Source: Blastocatellia bacterium (GTDB lineage Bacteria; Acidobacteriota; Blastocatellia; UBA7656). From it: a stretch of 64,000 bases of DNA. Position numbers and translations under genes: made by a program. The notes below the pieces were generated by a model. It saw only the letters and a list, made by a program, of their open reading frames with translations, did no database searches and had not been told where the DNA came from. Shown piece after piece: positions 52,494-61,282 of the stretch (position 1 is its first letter; each line of letters starts with the position of its first letter). Location of the stretch: contig CAVXWP010000009.1 in NCBI GenBank assembly GCA_963765495.1, forward strand, positions 800,001 to 864,000, read 5' to 3'.

Positions 52494-53546
52494 ATGGCGA
52501 CAACCGAGAGTGCTCAACTGTACTTCAAGCAAGCCAAAATGATCGGGCCGGTAGTATCGAATCCGCCGGTCTGTTTGTATCTGGAAACAACCAACCGATG
52601 TAATCTGCTCTGCCAGCACTGCCCTCGCACATTTGCTTCGGTCGAGCGCCCGGCCGATCTTTCATTCGAGCAGATGAAGCTGATCGTCGAACAGGTGCCC
52701 AACCTCAAGCAGGCAGTTCTACACGGCATCGGCGAGCCGTTAATCAACAAAGAATTGCCCGCTATGATCAGCTATCTGAAGGAGCGAGGCGTCTATGTTC
52801 TGTTCAATTCCAACGGCACGATGCTCTATCCGCACATTCAGAGACAGTTGATTGACAGCGGTTTGGACGAGTACCGCGTATCGCTCGACGCAGCGGACGC
52901 GAAAACATTCGCAAGGGTTAGGGGGCTTCCCCGTTTCGATCTGATTGTCAAAAACGTGCGCGAGCTTGTTGCGCTGAAGAAGCAACTTGGCATAGAGCAT
53001 CCGCGCCTGTCGCTCTGGCTTGTAGGGATGAAAGAGACGCTCGCCGAGCTTGTGGCCTTTGTCCAGCTTGCCCACGATATGGGCGTAGGCGAAGTCTATT
53101 TGCAGAGGCTGGTTTTCTTTGACGACCAGCAGAACGGGCAAGGGTTTGCCCGACCCGACCAGGCGCTTTTCGGCACGGTTGATGAGGAAGAGGCGCGATT
53201 GATTGCCGAAGCCCATATGATAGCCGATGAACTGGGGGTGACGTTTCACGCATCGGGGGCGACTACGCCAGAGCAAAGCCTGATGCCCCGCGACGATGAT
53301 CAGCCGTGGAATCTGTGCCGACGCCCCTGGACGTTGATGTACATAACGGCTAACGGCAATGTGCTGCCGTGCTGCATTTCGCCCTTCGCCGAACGCGATT
53401 ACGATTCGCTCATTTTAGGCAATGCGTTCGAGCAGCCTCTGATGGACATATGGAATGAACATCTCTATCAGAAATTCAGAAACGATCTTCAAAGCGATCA
53501 CCCGCACAGCGCGTGCAAAAACTGTGGCGTGCGTTGGAGCCTGTAG
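52494..53546 (+). CDS. Radical SAM protein with SPASM/twitch domain
   Basis: CNLLCQHC, GIGEP, SLD; C-terminal CRRPW..GNVLPCC..GN..CKNC. Confidence 0.9.
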   Translation: MATTESAQLYFKQAKMIGPVVSNPPVCLYLETTNRCNLLCQHCPRTFASVERPADLSFEQMKLIVEQVPNLKQAVLHGIGEPLINKELPAMISYLKERGVYVLFNSNGTMLYPHIQRQLIDSGLDEYRVSLDAADAKTFARVRGLPRFDLIVKNVRELVALKKQLGIEHPRLSLWLVGMKETLAELVAFVQLAHDMGVGEVYLQRLVFFDDQQNGQGFARPDQALFGTVDEEEARLIAEAHMIADELGVTFHASGATTPEQSLMPRDDDQPWNLCRRPWTLMYITANGNVLPCCISPFAERDYDSLILGNAFEQPLMDIWNEHLYQKFRNDLQSDHPHSACKNCGVRWSL

Positions 53547-53600
53547 TCGGTGAGCCCTTTAACACGCCGGGCACGACCCTGTAAAACAGGAGATGATTTG

Positions 53601-54428
53601 ATGAGACGAGTGTTTGTGATGGCAACGATGATTTTGGCGGCTTTGCCAATCGTTGCTTCGAGTCAGACAAAGACCAGACGCCCGCGCCGCAACGTGCGCC
53701 CCGGCCTGAGCCTGGAGCAGACCCTGAAGAAGATGGAAGGCGAATTGTTCGAAGCCTTCAAACAGCGCGACCGGGCGGCGCTTGATCGGTTGATGACCCC
53801 GGATTACATGGCCACAAATCAGGACGGGTCGACGAGCAATAAGGCGGAGACTCTTGAGGCGTTCAAAAACGACGCGGTTTCAATCGAGTCATTCGAGACC
53901 GAAGATGTTTTGGTGCGCCCTTTGGGAAATACGGCCATCATAACCGGCCACTCCAGGTGGAAAGGCCGCAGAGGCGGACAAGAAGCAAGCGGGCAGTTTC
54001 GCCATACAGGAGTGTGGGTCAAGCGTCAGGGGCGATGGCAGATCGTGTCGTGGCAAGAGACAGCGATAAAGGAACGAGCCGTGATCGGGAAGGAAATCAC
54101 TACACCTACGGGGTTGAAATACATCGATCTGGTCGAAGGCACGGGAGAGAGCCCAAGACCCGGTCAGATGGTCACGGTAGATTATACGGGCACGCTCGAA
54201 AACGGAGAAAAATTTGATAGTTCGCTTGACAGAGGCCAGCCTTTGATTTTTCAGATCGGTGTCGGGCGCGTTATCAAAGGGTGGGATGAAGGCGTTATGA
54301 GCATGAAAGTAGGCGGCAAACGCAAGCTCATCATACCCGCGCAACTCGGCTATGGGGAGAGGGGCCGGGGCATGATTCCGCCAAACGCGACTTTGATCTT
54401 CGAGGTGGAATTGCACGGAGTGAAGTGA
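53601..54428 (+). CDS. Exported DUF4440 (NTF2-like) + FKBP peptidyl-prolyl isomerase fusion
   Basis: Signal peptide; [27 protein letters not shown]; then [32 protein letters not shown]. Confidence 0.88.
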   Translation: MRRVFVMATMILAALPIVASSQTKTRRPRRNVRPGLSLEQTLKKMEGELFEAFKQRDRAALDRLMTPDYMATNQDGSTSNKAETLEAFKNDAVSIESFETEDVLVRPLGNTAIITGHSRWKGRRGGQEASGQFRHTGVWVKRQGRWQIVSWQETAIKERAVIGKEITTPTGLKYIDLVEGTGESPRPGQMVTVDYTGTLENGEKFDSSLDRGQPLIFQIGVGRVIKGWDEGVMSMKVGGKRKLIIPAQLGYGERGRGMIPPNATLIFEVELHGVK

Positions 54429-54476
54429 TTTGAGATTTGAAATCTCAGATCTGCTTACCCGGATTGAAGTTTTGCC

Positions 54477-55475
54477 ATGAGTGGGGAACATAAACACGAG
54501 CACAAACACTCTCACGGTTCAGCAAACAACCGGCGCAGACTCTCTGTTGTGCTCGCGCTCACATTCCTTTACATGCTGGCGGAGGCAATCGGCGGGTATT
54601 TAACAAATTCGCTCGCGCTGTTGTCGGACGCGGGTCACATGATGACCGACGTTGCCGCGCTCTCGCTGGCGCTGCTCGCGTTATGGTTCTCGACTCGGCC
54701 GATCACACCAAAGAAGACATACGGCTATTACCGTATGGAGATACTTGCGGCGCTCGCAAACGGCGTGGGTCTTGTAGTCATTTCGCTGCTGATTTTTTAC
54801 GAAGCTCTGCATCGCATCAAACAGCCTCCGGCAGTCGAAGGTTTCGAAGTGACGCTGATCGCGATTGGAGGGCTGGCAATCAACGGAGTGAGCGTGTGGA
54901 TGTTGCACGCGGCGTCTGCGGAAAACCTCAATATGCGCGGCGCGTTTCTGCACGTCATCAGCGATGCGCTCGGCTCGGTGGGTGCAATCACGGCGGGGCT
55001 TTTGATTTGGCTGAAGGGGTGGACGATCTCCGATCCGATTATAAGCATCGCCATGTGCCTGCTTATAATCTACGGCGCGTGGCAACTCATACGCGAATCG
55101 GTAAACGTTCTGCTGGAAGGAACGCCGTCTCATATAAACATACTCGCGGTCATAGAGGCCATGCACGAAATCGAAGGCGTCACAAGCGTACACGACCTAC
55201 ACGTATGGACGATCAGTTCGGGCAACGAAGCGCTTTCGGTTCACGTTACGATTGAGCCGGGCGCATCGCACAAGGAAACCCTCGAAGCGCTTCAGTATAG
55301 GCTGCGATCAGGGTTCAAAATAGGACACCTGACCATACAGGTGGAATCGCCGGACGAGCCGGTTGTGGACAACGTCAAGCTTTACAAGATCAACCCAAGG
55401 AGCGAAACCTACACGGATGCGCCAAGCACTAGCGGTAGCCGCAAAAGCGCCGCAGCCCGGAACAGTAAAGACTAG
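54477..55475 (+). CDS. Cation diffusion facilitator (Zn/Co/Cd efflux, CzcD/ZitB-like)
   Basis: His-rich N-terminus; SLALLSDAGHMMTD, TYGYYRME, NMRGAFLHVISD, HDLHVW. Confidence 0.93.
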   Translation: MSGEHKHEHKHSHGSANNRRRLSVVLALTFLYMLAEAIGGYLTNSLALLSDAGHMMTDVAALSLALLALWFSTRPITPKKTYGYYRMEILAALANGVGLVVISLLIFYEALHRIKQPPAVEGFEVTLIAIGGLAINGVSVWMLHAASAENLNMRGAFLHVISDALGSVGAITAGLLIWLKGWTISDPIISIAMCLLIIYGAWQLIRESVNVLLEGTPSHINILAVIEAMHEIEGVTSVHDLHVWTISSGNEALSVHVTIEPGASHKETLEALQYRLRSGFKIGHLTIQVESPDEPVVDNVKLYKINPRSETYTDAPSTSGSRKSAAARNSKD

Positions 55476-56124
55476 GCTGCACTCACTTCTTTCCATTGAC
55501 GACGCGACCGAATTGTATCGCTGCTTTCTCAAAGATACTCTTGCGCTGATGGAAAGCGTCCCCGAAACCGAAACCGTGATATCTTACACGCCCGCCGGGG
55601 CCGAACACCATTTTGAAGGAATAGCCTCAGGCAACCATCGCCTCCTGCTGCAACGCGGCGAGAGTTTTGGAGACAAGCTCTATCACGCGCTCGCGGATTT
55701 GCTGAGAGAAGGGTTCCGAAGCGCCGCCATTATGGACGCCGACAGCCCGACTTTGCCTCCCCGGTATCTGGCGCAGGCATTTGAAGAACTGGCGCGACCG
55801 GGCGACCGCGTAGTCCTCGGCCCCGCCCTGGACGGAGGCTATTACCTTATAGGGATCAAGCAACCACACAGACAACTCTTCGAGCGAATAACATGGTCGA
55901 CCGAGATGGTTCTCGCCCAGACCATCGAGCGCGCAAGAGAGATAAACCTCGAAGTGTCGCTGCTTCCCGAGTGGTATGATGTAGACAACGTCACCGAATA
56001 CGAGCGACTGATGGAAGAGATAAAAACCGCCGCAAACGAAAGGACCGACTTGAACGGGTTTGCGGCAAATACCCGGCGTTTCATCCTGTCGCGCCGGTCG
56101 CAATATCAGGCAGACGGGAAGTAA
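55417..56124 (+). CDS. TIGR04282/DUF2064 family glycosyltransferase-like protein
   Basis: AKAPQPGTVKTRL, QRGESFGDKL, DSPTLP, VLGPALDGGYYLIG, ITWST, WYDVD. ATG 55417 follows AAGGAG. Confidence 0.85.
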   Translation: MRQALAVAAKAPQPGTVKTRLHSLLSIDDATELYRCFLKDTLALMESVPETETVISYTPAGAEHHFEGIASGNHRLLLQRGESFGDKLYHALADLLREGFRSAAIMDADSPTLPPRYLAQAFEELARPGDRVVLGPALDGGYYLIGIKQPHRQLFERITWSTEMVLAQTIERAREINLEVSLLPEWYDVDNVTEYERLMEEIKTAANERTDLNGFAANTRRFILSRRSQYQADGK

Positions 56125-57695
56125 TGACAAGTCATTCGAAGCTCTTGCCAGGCGGTGTCGAGCGAGAAATGCTGACCTTCATAATATTCAAGGTCTCGCT
56201 TGTCGCTCTCGGCATTTTGAGCCTTGCGCTTTATCACATCAGCGCGCCTCTTTACCGCTATTCGCCGGGCAACGTAACCTACATCGCCACCTTTATCGGC
56301 CAATTCGCGTTTTACCTTCTGGCCTGTTACGCGGTTACTCGCTTTCGCGCAACAGACGCGGCCCGCAATTTATCATCGGTCACGATTTTCACGCTGATGA
56401 TAGTGCTGATGTTTGCGGCGGCTTTTCGCGCAAGGCTTGTGACCGAGCCGCCCTTCCTGTCGAGCGATGTTTACCGCTATATCTGGGACGGTCGCGTGCA
56501 GGCATCGGGCATCAACCCTTACCGTTACATTCCGGCAGAAGAGGAACTGGCTCCTCTGCGAGACGACCTGATCTATGCCAACATAAATCGCAAGGATTTC
56601 GCGCATACGATCTATCCACCCGTAGCGCAGGCGATATTTTTGGCCTCATACCTTGTACGGCCATCGAGCGTGACGACATTCAAAGTAACGATGAGTTTGT
56701 TTGACGCGCTTGCGGCGCTGGCCATAATGCTTGCGCTTGCGCGGGCAAGGATGGACCCCGCGCTTGTCATCTTTTTCGCATGGCATCCACTGGTAATCTG
56801 GGAAGGCGCGCACAGCGGTCATATCGAATCGGCAAGCATGGCGTTTCTGGCGCTCGCGCTTCTCTGTTGGACCTATGAAAAACGCGCTCTTACCGGCGTA
56901 GCCCTCGCGCTCGCAACCCTGGTCAAACTCTATCCGATCATGCTGCTGCCGGTGTTTGCCGCGGCGAAATTGCCGCAGGGGCCAGCTTCGCAGGGGCCAG
57001 CTTCGCAGGAGCCAGGGGCCGGGGGCCAGCTTCGCAGGGGCCGGGGGCCGGGGGCCGGGGGGCTGGGGGCTGGGGATGAGAAGAAAGCTACAGGCAAGAA
57101 AATTGACCTGATAAACCTACTGGCCCCCGGCCCCCGGCCCCTGCTCCATCTGGCAGCTGCATTTATCCTCACGATCATAATCGCGTATCTGCCTTATCTG
57201 AGCGTAGGCGCGAAAGTGATAGGATACCTGCCGGGATATTTGAAAGAAGAAGGATATATGCACGCCGGGAATCGCTATTTTCTGCTGAGCCTCGTGCGAT
57301 GGTTTGTCCCTTTGCCGACTGCCGCATACTCTGTTTTTTCGGCCCTCGCTCTACTGGGGTTCGGCGTGTGGCAGCTATTGAAACCGAAACGCAACGTTAC
57401 GGATGTCGCTCGCGGAGCCGCTCAGTTGATAGGGCTTTTCATGATACTCAGCAGCCCTCGCTATAGCTGGTATGTAGCGTGGATAATTCCATTTCTCTGC
57501 TTTGCGCCACGGGCGGCCTGGCTATATCTGACCGGCGCTTCGGTCTTGCTTTATCTGCTCTGGTTCACGACCGATTATCCCAATATCCCTTTATGGCTGG
57601 GCGCGGCGATTTATGTGCCGGCCCTCGCGCTGTTTATCAGGGATAGGGTCAAGATAAAAGTTGTGAAAGAGAAGGCAAGCGCGTCACAGGCTTGA
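56124..57695 (+). CDS. GT-C (GT87/DUF2029-like) membrane glycosyltransferase
   Basis: LSSDVYRYIWDG, GINPYRY, TIYPP, AWHPL..EG..SGH, LVKLYP; multiple TM helices; contains an in-frame repeat insertion. Confidence 0.8.
   Translation: MTSHSKLLPGGVEREMLTFIIFKVSLVALGILSLALYHISAPLYRYSPGNVTYIATFIGQFAFYLLACYAVTRFRATDAARNLSSVTIFTLMIVLMFAAAFRARLVTEPPFLSSDVYRYIWDGRVQASGINPYRYIPAEEELAPLRDDLIYANINRKDFAHTIYPPVAQAIFLASYLVRPSSVTTFKVTMSLFDALAALAIMLALARARMDPALVIFFAWHPLVIWEGAHSGHIESASMAFLALALLCWTYEKRALTGVALALATLVKLYPIMLLPVFAAAKLPQGPASQGPASQEPGAGGQLRRGRGPGAGGLGAGDEKKATGKKIDLINLLAPGPRPLLHLAAAFILTIIIAYLPYLSVGAKVIGYLPGYLKEEGYMHAGNRYFLLSLVRWFVPLPTAAYSVFSALALLGFGVWQLLKPKRNVTDVARGAAQLIGLFMILSSPRYSWYVAWIIPFLCFAPRAAWLYLTGASVLLYLLWFTTDYPNIPLWLGAAIYVPALALFIRDRVKIKVVKEKASASQA
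56977..57143. repeat. In-frame intragenic GGGGCCG inverted-repeat element
   Basis: caggggccagcttcg x2, ggggccggggg arrays and the inverted arm ggcccccggcccccggcccc. Confidence 0.7.
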
Positions 57696-57755
57696 TAACC
57701 GGGTGTGCTTGATAGAAACTTATTTTCCACATTTTTGCGAACCGGGGAGAATTGA

Positions 57756-58565
57756 ATGCCTACTTTAGATCAGGAATTTGACTTTGATTTCAACGAGCGA
57801 TCCCTCGAAGGCCGGGTGATTTTAGTGGCGGGCGGAACAGGCGGTCTCGGAAGCGCCACGGTCGCATTGCTCGCGCGCGAAGGTGCTCAGCTCGTAGTCG
57901 GATATTGCAGCAACCGCGACCGGGCAAGGGCGCTCAAACAGGTAGTCGAAGCCGCATACGATACTACTCTTCATCTGGTTGAAGGAGATATTTCCGATCC
58001 CGACCAGCGCAGGCGTTACATCGAAACAGCCGACCGGCTAGGAGATGGCCTCTATGGGCTGATCTGTTTCACAGGCGACCCGGCTCGCGTGAAATTCGAG
58101 GAGATGACCGATGAAGACATGCAGGCTTCGATGGAAGAGAATTACATCGCGCCCGTGTTGCTTGCGCGGCAGGCGGCTGAGAGCATGAAGCGCCGGGGCC
58201 AGCAGGGCGCAATAGTGTTGACTTCGACCATGCAGGCAGTGGCGGTCTTTGAATCGAGTGTAAATTACGCAGGGCCGAAAACGGCTCTGATACAGGCAGC
58301 ACGCATAATGGCCAAGCAGGCGGGCGGGCCCGCCGACATTCGTGTGAACGTGATAGCGCCCGGGGTCAATCGCGCAGGGATGGCGATGAAGTCAATCGAG
58401 TCGGGCAAATATGACTTCTTCATCGATCAGGAAGTCATTCCACGCTTCGGTCGCCCCGAAGATATTGCTCGCGTCGTGCGCTTGCTCGTCGAGCCTGATA
58501 ATTACATAACCGGCCAGGTAATCACCGTAGACGGCGGGCTGACCCTGCGGCGAGATCGTGGATAA
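57756..58565 (+). CDS. Short-chain dehydrogenase/reductase
   Basis: Motifs GGTGGLG, YAGPK, RVNVIAPG, ITGQVITVDGG. Confidence 0.88.
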   Translation: MPTLDQEFDFDFNERSLEGRVILVAGGTGGLGSATVALLAREGAQLVVGYCSNRDRARALKQVVEAAYDTTLHLVEGDISDPDQRRRYIETADRLGDGLYGLICFTGDPARVKFEEMTDEDMQASMEENYIAPVLLARQAAESMKRRGQQGAIVLTSTMQAVAVFESSVNYAGPKTALIQAARIMAKQAGGPADIRVNVIAPGVNRAGMAMKSIESGKYDFFIDQEVIPRFGRPEDIARVVRLLVEPDNYITGQVITVDGGLTLRRDRG

Positions 58566-58618
58566 AGATAGCCCCTTGCCCGTACGGCGGTCTATAGACA
58601 AAAACCAGAAGGAGCAAA

Positions 58619-60196
58619 ATGCGAATTAATTTTCGGTTTTTCAACAAGAGTGTAATCACGAGCCTGATTCTGATTGTGGCCGTTTCCTGTATGGGGGCGC
58701 AGCAGAAGAGTGTCCGGCAATCGGCTCTGACCCGGAGCAGGCAGGCGACTCTTGATCATATCTCCGCTTCGTCGCTCGAAGGCCATCTGTCATTTATCGC
58801 CTCTGACATGCTCGAAGGGCGCAACACTCCATCAACGGGGCTCGATACTGCCGCTCTGTATATTGCCGCGCAGTTTCGCCGCGCAGGTCTCGAACCCGCG
58901 GGCGATGATGGTTATTTTCAAACGGCCAACTGGCTTGTTTCAGAGCGTACGCCTGATGGGTTTGAGCTAAAGTTTGATACCGGGAAAGAGACTATCAAGG
59001 TCGATAAGGATCGGGTGAGCATTTCTCTTAATCAGGCCCTCGATCTTTCGCGCGCTCCTTTGCTCAAGGTGAATTATGAAGATTCTGCGGCTATCTCGGC
59101 GCTTGGCGTTGATGCGCAGGGAAAGGCGATACTGACCGAGATACCCGATTTTCGCAAAGCAGACCGTTCTCGACGGGGCGAACTGTATCAGGCCAGAAGC
59201 CAGTTCATGAGGAAGATGGGAGAGGTTAAAGCGGCTGTGATTATTTCGATTGACCGGAGCAGTCCGACCGGCACAGGCCCCGCGTCCAGCCGGTTGATAG
59301 ACCCCGAAAACCGCCGAGATATCGCTTCAACCGCTTCAACGCCTTTCATCACCGTTCACGATCCGGCAGTAGTAAAAATGTATGACTCGATGGCATCTGC
59401 ATCGAATACGGGTACGGTCTCTATTCATCTTGCCGCGCCTGACGAGCACCCCGTCAAGCTGCGCAATGTCATAGGCATCCTGCGCGGATCGGACCCGCAG
59501 TTGAAAGATACTTATGTGCTGGTCACAGCGCATTACGATCATATTGGCGTGGACCCGAGTCTTCCGGGCGACAAAATATTTAACGGCGCGAACGATGATG
59601 GGAGCGGCACGGTTTCGGTCATCGAGATAGCATCGGCCCTGGCCACGCTGAAGGCGCGACCAAAACGGACCCTTGTTTTTATGACCGTCTTTGGCGAAGA
59701 GAAAGGGCTGCTCGGCTCGCGTTATTACGGACGGCACCCGATCTTTCCAATCGAGAAGACTGTAGCCGACATCAATCTTGAACAGGTAGGCCGCACCGAC
59801 AGCACCGAAGGGCCGCAAATCGCTAATGCCTCGCTGACGGGTTTTGATTATTCCGATGTAGGGGAGATTCTGAAACAAGCCGGCTCGCTTACAGGCATCA
59901 CCGTCTATAAGCATGCCCAGAATAGCGATGCCTATTTTGGCCGCAGCGACAACCAGGCGCTTGCCGATCAAGGTGTCCCCGCTCATACGCTGTGCGTGGC
60001 TTTCGATTACGCCGACTATCACGGCGCGGGCGATCACTGGGAGAAAATAGACTATGCAAACATGGCTAAGGTAGACCGCATGGTAGCTCTCGCGCTCATA
60101 ATGATTGCCGATAGCCGGGACGCGCCAAAGTGGAATGAAGCAAACCCAAAGACCGCCCGCTATGTGAAGGCATGGCAGGAGCACCACGGGAAGTAA
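58619..60196 (+). CDS. M28 family metallopeptidase with PA-like insert
   Basis: Signal peptide; TAHYDH, NGANDDGSG, GEEKGLLGS, RSDN, DYH. Confidence 0.92.
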   Translation: MRINFRFFNKSVITSLILIVAVSCMGAQQKSVRQSALTRSRQATLDHISASSLEGHLSFIASDMLEGRNTPSTGLDTAALYIAAQFRRAGLEPAGDDGYFQTANWLVSERTPDGFELKFDTGKETIKVDKDRVSISLNQALDLSRAPLLKVNYEDSAAISALGVDAQGKAILTEIPDFRKADRSRRGELYQARSQFMRKMGEVKAAVIISIDRSSPTGTGPASSRLIDPENRRDIASTASTPFITVHDPAVVKMYDSMASASNTGTVSIHLAAPDEHPVKLRNVIGILRGSDPQLKDTYVLVTAHYDHIGVDPSLPGDKIFNGANDDGSGTVSVIEIASALATLKARPKRTLVFMTVFGEEKGLLGSRYYGRHPIFPIEKTVADINLEQVGRTDSTEGPQIANASLTGFDYSDVGEILKQAGSLTGITVYKHAQNSDAYFGRSDNQALADQGVPAHTLCVAFDYADYHGAGDHWEKIDYANMAKVDRMVALALIMIADSRDAPKWNEANPKTARYVKAWQEHHGK

Positions 60197-60395
60197 AACC
60201 GTGGCAACTGAATTTTAGTTTTCCTCAAACGGATTAGCTCATATTAGGTCAGATCCGCGTATATCCGCCGCATCCGCGTCCGTCCCGGCCTATTAACCCC
60301 GCCTTTCATTCAAATCCATCTGCACCGATCTCTCGGGGTATGATTTAGAGGCTGTGACCGCAAATATGCAAAACTCGTCTAAGGGGGAGCATGCT

Positions 60396-60551
60396 CAGGG
60401 CTATTGCAAAGTAGCTTGACATGTATGGTAGGGGCAGGGCTTGTCCCTGCCCGGATCGCCCGAAGGGCGATGACTGTCATCGCGCTTACGCGCGATTCGG
60501 GCAGCCACAAGGGCTGCCCCTACATTTTTGCTCGACTTTGCAATAGCCCTG
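60396..60551. mobile_element. 156-bp MITE, family B, enclosing a GTAG-type REP doublet
   Basis: TIRs CAGGGCTATTGCAAAGT/ACTTTGCAATAGCCCTG; 10-bp TSD GGAGCATGCT at 60386-95 and 60552-61; internal GTAGGGGCAGGGCTTGTCCCTGCCC..GGGCAGCCACAAGGGCTGCCCCTAC. Confidence 0.88.
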
Positions 60552-60643
60552 GGAGCATGCTAAAGCAGATTTCCCCATGTCTGCTCGCTCCATTACAATA
60601 CAAACAGGACGCTGTGAGCAGATGTCGGTAGCAATCGAGGATT

Positions 60644-61282
60644 ATGCAGCTATTGCTTGCAGTGCTCATAGAGTTCTGGAGTCTCCTCAGAAAACTCGGG
60701 GGGCTTGGCCTGATCCTTATGGGTTTTCTTGACAGTTCCGTCATTCCAACCCCGGGCGGGTTGGATTTGCTGACCATCGTGCTTGCGGCGGGGCAAAAAA
60801 CCTGGTGGCCTTATTATGCCGCGATGGCTGTTGCCGGGTCGGTTATCGGCGGGTATCTGAGCTATGAACTTGGGCGCAAGGGCGGTGAAGAGGCCATTGA
60901 AAAAAGAATGTCCAAAAAGAAATTTGACCGCGTATGCCGAGCCTTCGAGAAATGGGGATTCGGAGCCGTCTTTGTACCCACGATCCTGCCTCCCCCTTTT
61001 CCGATAGGTCCGATTTTTATGGGCGCGGGGGCGCTTGATTATCCGCTCAAAAAATTCCTGCTCGCGCTCACCGCAGGCCGCGTCATCAGATTCACTATAG
61101 TCGCTTACATGGCTTCAAGATATGGCCAGTACGTAATAAAGTTCTTCTCAGATAATTACGTGATGATACTCCTGATAATCGCGGGGCTGACGGCAGCAGG
61201 AGGCTTAGCCTTTTTTCTTTTCCGCTCACACGACAAACAAACCAAAAAGAAAGCGTCCGATGCCACGGCAAGCGGAGATTAA
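60644..61282 (+). CDS. DedA/YqaA (VTT domain) membrane protein
   Basis: FLDSSVIP, AGSVIGGYLSYELGRKGG, LPPPFP, GRVIRF. Confidence 0.85.
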   Translation: MQLLLAVLIEFWSLLRKLGGLGLILMGFLDSSVIPTPGGLDLLTIVLAAGQKTWWPYYAAMAVAGSVIGGYLSYELGRKGGEEAIEKRMSKKKFDRVCRAFEKWGFGAVFVPTILPPPFPIGPIFMGAGALDYPLKKFLLALTAGRVIRFTIVAYMASRYGQYVIKFFSDNYVMILLIIAGLTAAGGLAFFLFRSHDKQTKKKASDATASGD

